49,837 bases of DNA, taken from NCBI GenBank assembly GCA_002503705.1, contig DASH01000093.1:1-49837 (forward strand), read 5' to 3'. Positions within the stretch are counted from its first letter, which is position 1, and the number at the start of each line of letters is the position of its first letter. The DNA comes from Candidatus Woesearchaeota archaeon UBA153 (GTDB taxonomy: Archaea > Nanobdellota > Nanobdellia > Woesearchaeales > UBA525). Made by a program: the position numbers and the translations under genes. Positions 16,849 through 25,754 of this stretch are shown here, piece by piece. The notes under the pieces are model-generated. The model saw nothing but the letters and a program-made list of their open reading frames with translations, had not been told where the DNA came from and did no database searches.

Positions 16849-17048
16849 ATTACAGCACCTCCTGTGTGAAGAGTACGGGTGGAGAGAAGCGCCGGCACTA
16901 TACTAAACATCGCTATATAGATAATAGAAGGGGCGCGGTAGATGGTGGCGGAGACGCCGAACGGGTAAGAGGACATAAGAGTGTCCATGACTCGTTTCCT
17001 GTCGCGGAATCTCCGTTCTCCTCAAGAAGTCGCCGCGTGGCGTTTTGC

Positions 17049-17136
17049 GGCGTCATACATTTTTTCGACACTATACATAATAGTATCTATATGAAGAGGT
17101 TTGTTATAATCTGGTGTCTTCCCCGACCTCGGGAAG
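17049..17136 (+). promoter_or_regulatory. Family C copy 2: conserved AT-rich promoter-like block plus downstream hairpin
   Basis: tatctatatgaagaggtttgttataat (17084-17110). A hairpin follows after 7 nt: CUUCCC-CGACCUC-GGGAAG (17118-17136). The stem sequence differs from copy 1 but pairing is kept, and both loops contain ACCUC. Confidence 0.45.
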
Positions 17137-17410
17137 CTGACCGGACCGGACAATCAAGACCACATCCGCGTCCGGCGCATCTCACTCTTCAAAGATATCC
17201 CTGAAGATGTCTCGACGAGATTGCCGACGGGGGGACGTCGCCGGCACGTCTTTGAAAAGAGTGCCCTTGGCAAATGCGTCTTTGAGGTGCCATGACGATG
17301 CAAGAACTGCGAAAACGAGAACGACAGCGATCAATTCATTCCACAATGCCTTCCCTGCCGAGGCATTCTCCCTCTCTTCATTCCCCGCCCACTCATCCTC
17401 TGGCTCTTCA

Positions 17411-17470
17411 TTCCCCACTCATTCATTCCCCACTCATTCATTCCCCACTCATTCATTCCCCACTCATTCA
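17411..17470 (+). repeat. 4 x 15-nt perfect tandem repeat (ttccccactcattca) with degenerate flanking units
   Basis: Perfect units at 17411, 17426, 17441 and 17456. Degenerate copies extend to about 17377 and 17483. It lies just upstream of the preferred start at 17504. Confidence 0.9.
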
Positions 17471-17503
17471 TTTTCCATTCATCTCCGCCAGGAGGCGCTC
17501 CCT

Positions 17504-18313
17504 ATGAGCATCCACTACGAAAAGCTGAAGGGAAATCAGTTCGTGAGGCCGCACGTCGAGACGCCGCACGTCGACGGCCCTCCTTCGCTCACGCTCCGCC
17601 CGCGCGCAGGACACGACCCTCATCTCGCGGAGAGCCCGCTCCAGCTGCTGCACGAGGACGAAGCGCTCGCGACCATCGCGGCCTACGTCGAAGGATGCAA
17701 GAACGGCACGAATGTCGTGAGCTTCATCGGCCTGGACGGCTCGGGAAAGACGACGCTCTGCTCCAAGGTCGCGCCGATGCTCGACTCCGGGCACACGTTC
17801 CTCAACCTGGAAGGATACTTGCTGACACGGAAAGAGCGCCGCGCTGCGGGCATCTCGCCTTGGCACCCGGCAGCGTTCGACCACGAGAGCGCGATTCGTG
17901 ATATCACCTCGTTGCTCACGGACGGGCATGCGAACATTCCTCATTATTCGCACCAGAGCGGAGAGATCGAGGGGATCTCTGAGGCGGTGCTCGACCACGG
18001 AGCGATCCTGCTGACCGATGAGCTGACCGCGATCCATCTCGTGGGCGCGTTGCGCGCGAAGCCGCACTACGTGTACGTTTCCACGAACGACGCCATCCGC
18101 TGGCAACGGGTCTGGCAACGGAACCGGGACGAGAATCGCGGCTTCAGCGACGAAGACCTCGTCAACGATTTCAAGCGGAAGTACGATGACTTCGTGACGT
18201 ATATCGCCAACGGCCTTCCACAGCCGGAACTCCTCGTCGACACGACTGGCGGGAACATCTACGGCGTCAAGCACTATGACCTGCCCGGCATGCGCCTCTT
18301 GATGGGGACGTAA
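17504..18313 (+). CDS. P-loop kinase of the uridine kinase/phosphoribulokinase family
   Basis: Walker A FIGLDGSGKTTL, then a uridine-kinase-like stretch LNLEGYLLTRKERRAAGI...HYSHQSGE. The start is chosen at the ATG preceded by ggagg (17491-17495). The longer track ORF from 17207 only adds repeat-encoded HSFPT peptides. Confidence 0.65.
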   Translation: MSIHYEKLKGNQFVRPHVETPHVDGPPSLTLRPRAGHDPHLAESPLQLLHEDEALATIAAYVEGCKNGTNVVSFIGLDGSGKTTLCSKVAPMLDSGHTFLNLEGYLLTRKERRAAGISPWHPAAFDHESAIRDITSLLTDGHANIPHYSHQSGEIEGISEAVLDHGAILLTDELTAIHLVGALRAKPHYVYVSTNDAIRWQRVWQRNRDENRGFSDEDLVNDFKRKYDDFVTYIANGLPQPELLVDTTGGNIYGVKHYDLPGMRLLMGT

Positions 18314-18314
18314 C

Positions 18315-19160
18315 ATGACTCGCTTGCCGAACCTCCAGGACATGCTCCCGAAAGTAGAGTGTGTGATGCGCGCCACCGGCGAGTACCTGCTCGCGGTACA
18401 GCACGACGTCGAGGCGGAAGGGAAGAGCGACGGCACGTTGGTCTCGGCCGCGGACCATGAAGCGGAGCGGCGTCTGCGAGAGCACCTCACCGCACTGTTT
18501 CCTGGTTCGTATTTCCGCGGCGAAGAATCGCTGTGGGGCTCCTGGCCAGACTATGCCTGGTGCTGGGTCGTCGATCCTCTCGACGGGACGAAAGAGTACC
18601 TCGCAGGAAGGCAGGGATGGGGCGTTTCCATCGCGTTGCTCCACGGAGCGACACCGATGCTCGCCGCGATCCATCTCCCCGGGACGAACTCAACGTTCAC
18701 CGCAATCAAGGGTCATGGCGCGCACCACGACGGCAAACGCCTTCGCGTCTCTCCCGTTGCGGGCCTGCTCGTCGCGACGACACGCATGGCGCCCGTCGTC
18801 GAAGCGCTCTTCGAGCGTCCGGTGAAACCGTTCTACGCCGCAGTGCTCCTCTGCACGGAGGTCGCGCGGGGAAACGCCGCCGCCTACGTGAGCATCGGCC
18901 GTTCCCTCGACGCGTGGGATGTCGCCGCCGGCCAGCTCATCATCGAGGAGGCGGGAGGGTGCTGCACCACGTCCGGCGGTGAGGTCTTGACGCTGAACGG
19001 CGCGAAGTCGAAAGTCGGAGATTTCGTCTTCTCGAACGGCGCGATTCACGACGAACTGCTCGACAATCTGCAACAGCATCGAGCGAACGCGCACGCGCAT
19101 GCTGCGAGCGTCGCGCTCTCGACCGGAAAACGCGGCGCGGCCTTCCCTTCACAAGCTTGA
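18315..19160 (+). CDS. Inositol monophosphatase family protein (SuhB/CysQ-like)
   Basis: WVVDPLDGTKEY and WDVAAGQLIIEEAGG motifs. Starts 2 nt after the upstream stop. Confidence 0.85.
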   Translation: MTRLPNLQDMLPKVECVMRATGEYLLAVQHDVEAEGKSDGTLVSAADHEAERRLREHLTALFPGSYFRGEESLWGSWPDYAWCWVVDPLDGTKEYLAGRQGWGVSIALLHGATPMLAAIHLPGTNSTFTAIKGHGAHHDGKRLRVSPVAGLLVATTRMAPVVEALFERPVKPFYAAVLLCTEVARGNAAAYVSIGRSLDAWDVAAGQLIIEEAGGCCTTSGGEVLTLNGAKSKVGDFVFSNGAIHDELLDNLQQHRANAHAHAASVALSTGKRGAAFPSQA

Positions 19161-19234
19161 TATCCTCACAGAGTATAGAGTGCACTATGAGTATATAGAG
19201 AGTTATTATGTGCGTGCGTGCGTTACCCCGTATC

Positions 19235-19254
19235 GAGAGCGCGCTCTCTTTTTT
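19235..19254 (+). terminator. Perfect 14-nt palindrome followed by T6
   Basis: gagagcgcgctctc (19235-19248), then tttttt (19249-19254), 75 nt after the IMPase-family stop codon. Confidence 0.5.
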
Positions 19255-19359
19255 CCGTTGTAGAAATTTTCCATTCATCCATTTTTTCCGTTTTCCATTT
19301 CATGGGTGCGTGAACGGCAGGTGTGGATGAAGCCGCACAGCCGCAAAGGAGGTTACCTG

Positions 19360-20535
19360 ATGAATGCCCGACTGAACGTGAAATCCCGTATGAACATAGC
19401 ACTGCTCGCGCTCGGCATGACGATGGCTTCGTATCTGCCGGCATCCGCACAGTTGTCGCCGCAAGATATCGCGATGGACCCGCCGACGGGCCAGCACCTA
19501 ATCATGACGCGTTCCTCCAACGACTGCGTCCTCGACGACGGCAAGACGCTCGAAGCGTTCGTCAACGGCTCTCCGTTCATCCTCGGCGATGATGGTCTCC
19601 CGAAGAACGAAGGCGGCGTCCGCGTCAGCGTGCACAACTCGCAGGCTGACGGTTACAAGTGGGGCACGACCGTCAAGGTGGAGCAGATCGTTCCGGGCAA
19701 GGAGTACTGGATCGCGGCGATGAGCGAGGAAGAGTTCCCTCACCTGCTTACGACAGTCCTCGAGCTGCGCAATTGCAGTCCGTCAGTCGACGATCTCGGA
19801 CGGGTCGTGAACCCTCAAGCGGTCTGGGAACGCGCCCCGTACACGCACGAGGTCTCCAGCCCGAGCGACCTTGACGCTTTGACGCTGTACTTCAAGGGCG
19901 CGATGAACGCCCCGCCGGAAGGCGTGACCCTCAACAACCTCCAGCGCGACACCATGGAGAACGTTCCCGCGTCGGAAGTCCGGGTACGTCGCGAGGTTCC
20001 GTACCTGAGCGACCTCTTGCTCACGCCGAACTCGTCGTTTACGTTTTCGCACAACGCGCTCGCTTCACCGCAAGCGACGCTCGACGACCTCCAGTGGATA
20101 TTGGGGACGGTCTGGGCGACTGGCCAGCACAAGATCATCACGGTGCGTCAGATCGGCCGCGGCACCGGCAACGACGGCACGTATCAAGGACCGATTTCGA
20201 ACGGCGCCGGCAAGTATCTCATCGAGCTGTACAACATCGAGTCGGCGATGCCGGACGGGGTCGCTCGGAAAGTTCTCGCGGGAGAGCTGGACATGGGCGG
20301 CGTCATCGAGAACAACGTGTTCAACCGCGACTTGTTGCGATTCCAGCGCGTGTTCACCGACCCGAGCACGTACGCTGAGCTCTTCATCGGGAAGAACTTC
20401 CTCAACAGCGATGGTGGCGGCATGCTCGACAAGACGTACAAGATCGCGACCCCGCTCCAGGAGTGGGCCGAGGAGACGATCATCTACCGTCCCGAGATTG
20501 ACGTCCGCATACGGCCGCAACCGAACTTTTGGTAG
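19360..20535 (+). CDS. Secreted hypothetical protein
   Basis: ATG preceded by aaaggagg. Signal-like N-terminus MNARLNVKSRMNIALLALGMTMASYLPASAQ. The codon third-position G/C bias matches neighbouring genes. No family recognised. Confidence 0.6.
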   Translation: MNARLNVKSRMNIALLALGMTMASYLPASAQLSPQDIAMDPPTGQHLIMTRSSNDCVLDDGKTLEAFVNGSPFILGDDGLPKNEGGVRVSVHNSQADGYKWGTTVKVEQIVPGKEYWIAAMSEEEFPHLLTTVLELRNCSPSVDDLGRVVNPQAVWERAPYTHEVSSPSDLDALTLYFKGAMNAPPEGVTLNNLQRDTMENVPASEVRVRREVPYLSDLLLTPNSSFTFSHNALASPQATLDDLQWILGTVWATGQHKIITVRQIGRGTGNDGTYQGPISNGAGKYLIELYNIESAMPDGVARKVLAGELDMGGVIENNVFNRDLLRFQRVFTDPSTYAELFIGKNFLNSDGGGMLDKTYKIATPLQEWAEETIIYRPEIDVRIRPQPNFW

Positions 20536-20549
20536 GTCGGTTTCAGAAA

Positions 20550-20585
20550 ACTTTTTTCGTCTTTGTTACTTTTTTCGTCTTTGTT
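20550..20585 (+). repeat. 2 x 18-nt perfect tandem repeat (acttttttcgtctttgtt)
   Basis: Directly downstream of the stop at 20535. T-rich, so it may double as an archaeal oligo-T terminator. Confidence 0.85.
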
Positions 20586-20753
20586 GATCTTTGCGAGCTC
20601 TCGGCGAGAAAAGGTCGTCCGATACAAAACTCTTTATTTTTTGTGATGGTGCGGGAGGCGTGGAGCGGGGTAGAGAGCGGAGTCGGACTCGCGAAAACGT
20701 CCTGACTCACGAACACGTCATTTCTTCCCGTCTCAAGCCTATCTTTCTACTAT

Positions 20754-20764
20754 GTTTTTATAGG
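20754..20764 (+). promoter_or_regulatory. TATA-like box for the 20785 gene
   Basis: gtttttatagg, centred about 26 nt upstream of the ATG at 20785. This implies a leaderless or near-leaderless mRNA. Confidence 0.45.
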
Positions 20765-20784
20765 GGAGTCCCTTTGAGGATTGT

Positions 20785-21489
20785 ATGAAGAACCTCCCGC
20801 CTCGCGTCTTCGTCGTCGTCGCCGCGTTCAACGAGGAGCCGCGCATTGAGCGCGTCCTCGCCGACCTCAAGCGTCACGGCTACCGCGACGTCATCGTCGT
20901 CGACGACCACAGCGTCGACTTGACGAGCGCGCTCGCGAAGCGGGCGGGCGCGACCGTCATCCGTCACGCTCGCAACCGAGGACAGGGCGCCGCGCTCCGT
21001 ACCGGGATCCACGCAGCGCTTCGCAAGGGCGCGGATATTATCGTCACATTCGACGGCGACGGGCAGCACCGCGCGGCCGAGATTCAACGGTTCGTCGCGC
21101 CCATCGCCGCCGGCACGGCGCAGGTCGCGTTCGGCTCGCGCTTCCTTGGAAACGCGCCCGGCATGCCGAAGCACAAGCTCGTCACCCTGAAAGGCTCAAT
21201 CCTCGTCGAACGCGCCCTCCTCAAGGTGAAGCTGACGGACGTGCACAACGGGTTTCGCGCGCTCTCGCGGGACGCGGCCCGCCGGATCAAGATCACGTGC
21301 GACCGGATGGCGCACGCCTCTGAGATCGTCGCGGAAGTCCATGAGAAGCGCATCCCGTTCGTCGAGGTGCCCGTGACCATCGTCTACGACGAGTACGCGC
21401 GCCGGAAAGGGCAGACGGTCTTCAACGCGTTCCCCATCCTGGGCGAGATACTGAGGATGAAACGGGCGAGGAAGAACGCGAAACGTTAG
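20785..21489 (+). CDS. GT2 glycosyltransferase (short Dpm1/GtrB-like, no TM tail)
   Basis: VVVAAFNEEPRI...VIVVDDHSVDLT...NRGQGAALRTG...VTFDGDGQH. Confidence 0.8.
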   Translation: MKNLPPRVFVVVAAFNEEPRIERVLADLKRHGYRDVIVVDDHSVDLTSALAKRAGATVIRHARNRGQGAALRTGIHAALRKGADIIVTFDGDGQHRAAEIQRFVAPIAAGTAQVAFGSRFLGNAPGMPKHKLVTLKGSILVERALLKVKLTDVHNGFRALSRDAARRIKITCDRMAHASEIVAEVHEKRIPFVEVPVTIVYDEYARRKGQTVFNAFPILGEILRMKRARKNAKR

Positions 21490-21522
21490 GAGTCAATATT
21501 TCTCCTCGTCGCACCCAGTTCT

Positions 21523-22458
21523 TTATCGCGTCGGTCTCTTGAAGGACTCGATCGTCTCGCGCAGCCCTTGCTCGAGCGCGACCGTCGGATGAAATCCTAG
21601 GTCTCGTTTCGCTTTCGTGATGTCCGCTTCGCTGTGGCGCGGGTCGCCTTGGCGCGGCGCGTCGTGCACGATCGCGCTGCGGCTGCCGGCGAGCTTGATG
21701 ACTGCCGCGGCGAGGTCGTTGATCGTGCCGCTCTTCCCGCTCGCGATGTTGTAGATGCCCTCGCCTCTCGTCAGCGCGAGCTCGCACGCTGCCGCGACGT
21801 CCTCGACGAAGATGAAGTCTCGCGTCTGCAAGCCGTCCCCGTGGATCGTGAGCGTTTCGTTCTTCAACGCCTTCGTGATGAACGCGGGGATGGCCGCGGC
21901 GTACTGGCTGCTCGGGTCCTGGCCGGGGCCGTACACGTTGAAGAAGCGCAAGGTGATTGTCGCGATGGACTCTTTCCGCGCCTTCTCCGCCGCGCGCTCC
22001 ATCGCCACTTTCGTCGTCGCGTACGGGCTCAACGGCTGCGTCGGCTCCGACTCCGCAGTCGGGACTTTCGGCGCGAGGCCGTAGACTGCGGCGCTCGACG
22101 CGAGGATGATCTTCTGGAGCTTGAGGCGTTGGGCGACGCGCACGACGTTCTCGCTGCCCGCCGCGTTCACCGCTTCCGTCTCGGCGGGGTGCGCGATCGT
22201 GAACGGCACGCTGATGATGGCCGCCAAGTGGATGACGACGTCTTGGCCTTTCATCGCGCGCTCAAGGTTGGCGGTGTCGCGGATGTCCCCGTCGATGAAC
22301 GTGCACTCTCGGAGCGCGCCGGGGAAGGCGCCGTGCTTGCCCGCGATGCCGCGGCCGCTCAAGTTGTCGTAGACTGCAACGTCATGGCCCGCTTTCGCGA
22401 GTCGTTTCGCGACGTGGCTGCCGATGAAGCCCGCGCCGCCCGTGATGAGGATGTTCAT
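21523..22458 (-). CDS. NAD-dependent sugar-nucleotide epimerase/dehydratase (UDP-hexose 4-epimerase-like)
   Basis: MNILITGGAGFIGSHV (GxxGxxG), catalytic YATTK (YxxxK), SDR-extended length of about 311 aa. Confidence 0.85.
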   Translation of the reverse strand: MNILITGGAGFIGSHVAKRLAKAGHDVAVYDNLSGRGIAGKHGAFPGALRECTFIDGDIRDTANLERAMKGQDVVIHLAAIISVPFTIAHPAETEAVNAAGSENVVRVAQRLKLQKIILASSAAVYGLAPKVPTAESEPTQPLSPYATTKVAMERAAEKARKESIATITLRFFNVYGPGQDPSSQYAAAIPAFITKALKNETLTIHGDGLQTRDFIFVEDVAAACELALTRGEGIYNIASGKSGTINDLAAAVIKLAGSRSAIVHDAPRQGDPRHSEADITKAKRDLGFHPTVALEQGLRETIESFKRPTR

Positions 22459-22665
22459 GTGGTTGTGACGGGGCGCGGTCGCCTTTATTAATATTCGGCA
22501 AGCGAGTTTTTACACGAGAAAAATTAATTTCTCTATGGAAAGTTATTCTTTTCGCGACGCTCTCGTGTCACCATCGCGTCACCATCGCGTCACTCTTGCG
22601 ACACTCTCGCGTCACCATTGCGACACTATTATAATACTACTGTTAAGTGAGGAATTTTTAGAAAA

Positions 22666-22677
22666 GTTTTTAAATAC
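22666..22677 (+). promoter_or_regulatory. TATA-like box for the 22700 gene
   Basis: gtttttaaatac, centred about 28 nt upstream of the ATG at 22700. Confidence 0.45.
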
Positions 22678-22699
22678 TAGTGCGTTCATTTTTCTCGCA

Positions 22700-23830
22700 A
22701 TGAAGCGGCAGGCCACACTCCTCCTCCTCGCAGCCATGCTGCTCTCCCTCTTCGCCACCGCGACACACGGCGCCATCTACCACGACTACTACGGCAGCTA
22801 CGGCGACGACGAATTCCTCACATGGGAAGAGGACTGGCTGGAGAACGGCAAGAGCCACGCGACCCCGCCCTTCGCCCCCCAACCGAGCTTCGGCGGCTGC
22901 TACATCAGCACCGGCAAAGCGCTTTTGGAAGATCTCGACTGCGACAAGGTGCCGGACATCGCGGACAACTGCCTCGGCATCGCGAACCCGGACCAAGGAG
23001 ACCAGAACGCGAATGGTCTCGGCGACGCGTGCGACCTCGTCGTGAACAGCATCATCATCGACCCGCTCGTCGTCATGGAGGGGCGTGCCTTCCTCGTCAT
23101 CGTCACCGTCACGAACTACCGCCCGTACGAGCTGCGCAACGTGGACCTGCGCATCCAAGTGCCGGAGCTCGGCCTTGAACAGGTCGAGTACGTCACGAGC
23201 GTCAAGCAAGGCGAAGAGAAACGCTACGAGTTCTACCTGCGCTCGCCCGACTGCGTCCGACCGAAAGACTACGACGTCGTCCTCTTCGTCGAGATGCCGA
23301 AGAGTCCGGGCGTGAAAGAGTACTTCTACCTGCCCGCGCGCATGGGCGTGGCGAGCGGCGGCACGTGCACGGAAGCGCCGACCGGCGAAGGAAAGTCGAT
23401 CATCAACATCCTCGAAGTGCAGGACATCGACCCGGAGAAAGGCGGCCTGTACCCTTTCACGATTGTGAACCGTGAAGCGACCGGCCAAGCGTACGTCCTC
23501 ACGACCGATGGCCTTGAAGACTGGGGCGGCGCGCAGATCCAGCCGCGCAGCCTCATCGTCGTCCCCGCCGGCGAGAGCCGCGACGGCCTCTTGACGGTCT
23601 TCGCCAATGAAGGCGCAACCGGCGAACGAGCGTTCACGCTCACCTTGCGCTCGCAGAACGACGCCAAGCAAGTCGTGCTCCGCGCGCGCATGAAAGACAC
23701 GCTGCCCGGCGCGAGCGCGCAACGATTCCTGCTCTTCGGCCTCTTCATCATCGGCGCCATCCTCATCCTCGCCGGGTTCTTCTTCCTCGCCCGGCAGACG
23801 GCGGAACGGCGAGAGAAGAAATCAAAGTGA
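22700..23830 (+). CDS. Surface protein: signal peptide, thrombospondin type-3 Ca-binding repeat, CARDB/Ig-like modules, C-terminal TM anchor
   Basis: MKRQATLLLLAAMLLSLFATATHG; DLDCDKVPDIADNCLGIANPDQGDQNANGLGDACD; C-terminal FLLFGLFIIGAILILAGFFFLARQ. Paralog of 26022-27170. The track ORF start at 22535 is rejected. Confidence 0.75.
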   Translation: MKRQATLLLLAAMLLSLFATATHGAIYHDYYGSYGDDEFLTWEEDWLENGKSHATPPFAPQPSFGGCYISTGKALLEDLDCDKVPDIADNCLGIANPDQGDQNANGLGDACDLVVNSIIIDPLVVMEGRAFLVIVTVTNYRPYELRNVDLRIQVPELGLEQVEYVTSVKQGEEKRYEFYLRSPDCVRPKDYDVVLFVEMPKSPGVKEYFYLPARMGVASGGTCTEAPTGEGKSIINILEVQDIDPEKGGLYPFTIVNREATGQAYVLTTDGLEDWGGAQIQPRSLIVVPAGESRDGLLTVFANEGATGERAFTLTLRSQNDAKQVVLRARMKDTLPGASAQRFLLFGLFIIGAILILAGFFFLARQTAERREKKSK

Positions 23831-23926
23831 AGAGTTCTCCACTCCGGAGTGAGGAGTTGACAGAAAAGATTTTATACTCTCCTCACTTTCTTCCTCCGAA
23901 ATCCGCGTTTCGCGGGGGTTGTCCTC

Positions 23927-24733
23927 ATGGTTCGTGCTCAGAAGTCTGAAAGACCGTTACCGTTCGAGAATGCCGGCTGGTTGTTTCGCGACGTCCCGTA
24001 CGACCCTCTAGATTGGAGCAGGAAGACGGACTTGCTCGTTGCGATGTCGTTGTCGCCGAAGGTGACGCACGATGAAGCGATGACTGCGGCGCGCCTTACC
24101 GCTCCTGTCGCTCGGCCGTTGAGCATGGCTGTCCAGCGTGGACTGGTGGAGCGCATCTCTGCCGCACGCGATGATTCACGCGTCGACGAGACCCGCGATG
24201 CGTTTCTCGCGTTCTTGCGTAGCGTCTGGAAGCCGAGCGTTCTCCGTGCCGCGACGCAGACGACCTTCAAGCCCGGCAGTTTCGAAACGTCCTGCTATAC
24301 GCCGAACGGCGTTCGCATCCTTATCGGGGGCGAGTTGCCATATCGGAAGAGGAGCCAAGACTTGTGGCAGTATATGGAGCTCGCGCCGGAACAATCGGAA
24401 AAGCGTCTCGGACATGCCTGGCGGGTGTCTTCGTGGTATCGGAAGTGCATTGAGTCCGCCCTCGGTCCTTTCGAGGGGCTGGCCGCCGCGTACCAGTTCG
24501 CCGCTCCGCGCCGACAGAACGGCAGCCTCAGGCCGGTTTATACCAGGATCGCTTTACTAGATCGAGGCGAGAAAGCGTTGAAGGGCGGCTGGGTGTCCGA
24601 CGTCGACTACGTCAACGACGGCAACGTCGGCAGGTTCGTCCTGGTCCCGAGCGACTACCTCGTCAGCCTCGGGCCTGTTCTCGCGGGTGTGCAAAAAATC
24701 TCCACAGGAAGTGGAGGTTATCGTCGGAGATAG
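23927..24733 (+). CDS. Hypothetical protein (no recognisable family)
   Basis: 268-aa ORF with no internal competitor. The sequence is less GC3-biased than the flanking genes. It is followed by Family A copy A1. Confidence 0.5.
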   Translation: MVRAQKSERPLPFENAGWLFRDVPYDPLDWSRKTDLLVAMSLSPKVTHDEAMTAARLTAPVARPLSMAVQRGLVERISAARDDSRVDETRDAFLAFLRSVWKPSVLRAATQTTFKPGSFETSCYTPNGVRILIGGELPYRKRSQDLWQYMELAPEQSEKRLGHAWRVSSWYRKCIESALGPFEGLAAAYQFAAPRRQNGSLRPVYTRIALLDRGEKALKGGWVSDVDYVNDGNVGRFVLVPSDYLVSLGPVLAGVQKISTGSGGYRRR

Positions 24734-24815
24734 AATTGAGACGTATGGGGGTGTGGGGTGGCACCATCATCCTCGACCTCTTCCCACTTTCGCCACGCGT
24801 TCTCTTTTTCGTTGA

Positions 24816-24946
24816 ACGCCGTTGCCGTCCTGCTTGCTCTTTTGTCGCGTTCCTCGAGATGCGGGTCCTTCCCGGGTGGCACGACCCCTCCCGCATCAGC
24901 TTCTTCTCCTCGATGCAACGCTCGCCCTTAAGGACGGCAACGGTGT
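24816..24946 (+). ncRNA. Family A structured element, copy A1 (131 nt, shortest)
   Basis: Closing helix ACGCCGUUGCCGUCC / GGACGGCAACGGUGU (15 bp, one G-U that pairs only on the plus strand). Inner helix GAUGCGGG / CCCGCAUC. The 3' junction GCAACGCUCGCCCUUAAGGACGGCA is identical over 25 nt to copy A2. Confidence 0.55.
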
Positions 24947-24948
24947 CG

Positions 24949-25230
24949 TCATCGTTCATCCCTTCTTCCTTCCCATCCTAAGAACCGGCAGATCTCCTCT
25001 TTCTTTTCCGGGTTGAGGCTGACGTGCCACTCGCCGGTCTTCTTCATCCGCAGCAGGAACCCGTTACGATAGAGTTCTTCGATGGCCTCGGTCGTCTCTT
25101 TCCGGCCGCGCAGGTGCTTCGGCAGGCATTTCGTCAGGTTGACCGCTTCCGTGTGCGACGCGCCCCACTTCGCTGGATGGAAGTTCATCAGCTTCCAGAT
25201 TATTCGCACCTGGATTTCTCGTTGGTCCAT
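24949..25230 (-). CDS. Small winged-helix DNA-binding protein
   Basis: 93 aa: ...TEAVNLTKCLPKHLRGRKETTEAIEELYRNGFLLRMKKTGEWHVSLNP, that is a recognition helix plus a beta-wing pattern. TATA-like gtgtttatattgc is centred about 24 nt upstream on the minus strand. Confidence 0.6.
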   Translation of the reverse strand: MDQREIQVRIIWKLMNFHPAKWGASHTEAVNLTKCLPKHLRGRKETTEAIEELYRNGFLLRMKKTGEWHVSLNPEKKEEICRFLGWEGRRDER

Positions 25231-25376
25231 ACAGAAGGTGTCGCGTCAGTGTTTATATTGCTCACCAAAAAATTTCCGGAGGATTTCCGTCTTCTCCGTC
25301 GTGGTAAAACTCTAAAAAAGTATATTAATATTCCAAAATAAAAAGTATTAAATACTTGTTCTCCCTCCTTTTTCTC

Positions 25377-25754
25377 ATGAAAGAAGACACCCTCTTCCGG
25401 CACGCTCTCGGTGACAGCCCTACTATCCGCGTCCTTGAGCTCCTCATCGAGGGGCGCGAACTCGACCACTCACTCACCGACATCACGGAAATCGCGGGTG
25501 TCGGCTGGACGACACTGCACCGGCTCTGGCCGAACCTAGTCGGGGCCGGCCTCGTCAAGCAGACGCGGACGATTGGCCGCGCCAAACTCTACCGCCTAAA
25601 TTTAGATTCGAAGACGGCGCGCCAGCTCGTCAAGCTCTTCGAGACGCTTATCATGGAGGCGATGCCGAAGGATGCAGGGGAACTGGCGACTGCGACGGTA
25701 CCGGCTGCTCGGCGTGTCGCTGTCTCGACGGTTGATAACGGTGAAGCCCCGTAG
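25377..25754 (+). CDS. Winged-helix transcription regulator (ArsR/TrmB-like)
   Basis: MKEDTLFRHALGDSPTIRVLELLIEGRELDHSLTDITEIAGVGWTTLHRLWPNLVGAGLVKQTRTIGRAKLYRLN. TATA-like aaaagtattaaatac is centred about 28 nt upstream. The last 20 or so codons overlap the 5' arm of Family A copy A4. Confidence 0.7.
   Translation: MKEDTLFRHALGDSPTIRVLELLIEGRELDHSLTDITEIAGVGWTTLHRLWPNLVGAGLVKQTRTIGRAKLYRLNLDSKTARQLVKLFETLIMEAMPKDAGELATATVPAARRVAVSTVDNGEAP

Noticed and set aside
17305-17335. 14-nt identity (caagaactgcgaaa) between 17308 and the interior of B2
   Set aside because: An exact 14-mer match is expected several times by chance in 50 kb on two strands. The flanks lack the Family B closing helix.
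17207-17503. N-terminal extension of the kinase ORF encoding (HSFPT)n
   Set aside because: It is encoded by the 15-nt tandem repeat. An SD-preceded ATG at 17504 gives a normal-length P-loop kinase. It is kept as a possibility in a finding.
22535-22699. Upstream extension of the TSP3 surface protein ORF
   Set aside because: It runs through an AT-rich divergent promoter and repeats. The ATG at 22700 gives a typical signal peptide at the right TATA spacing.
24663-24959. 98-aa minus-strand ORF and 81-aa plus-strand ORF (24736-24981) over Family A copy A1; likewise 43476-43697 over A3 and 37998-38192 over A2
   Set aside because: The conserved nucleotide block falls in different reading frames in the different copies. 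Conservation therefore acts at the nucleotide or structure level, not the protein level.
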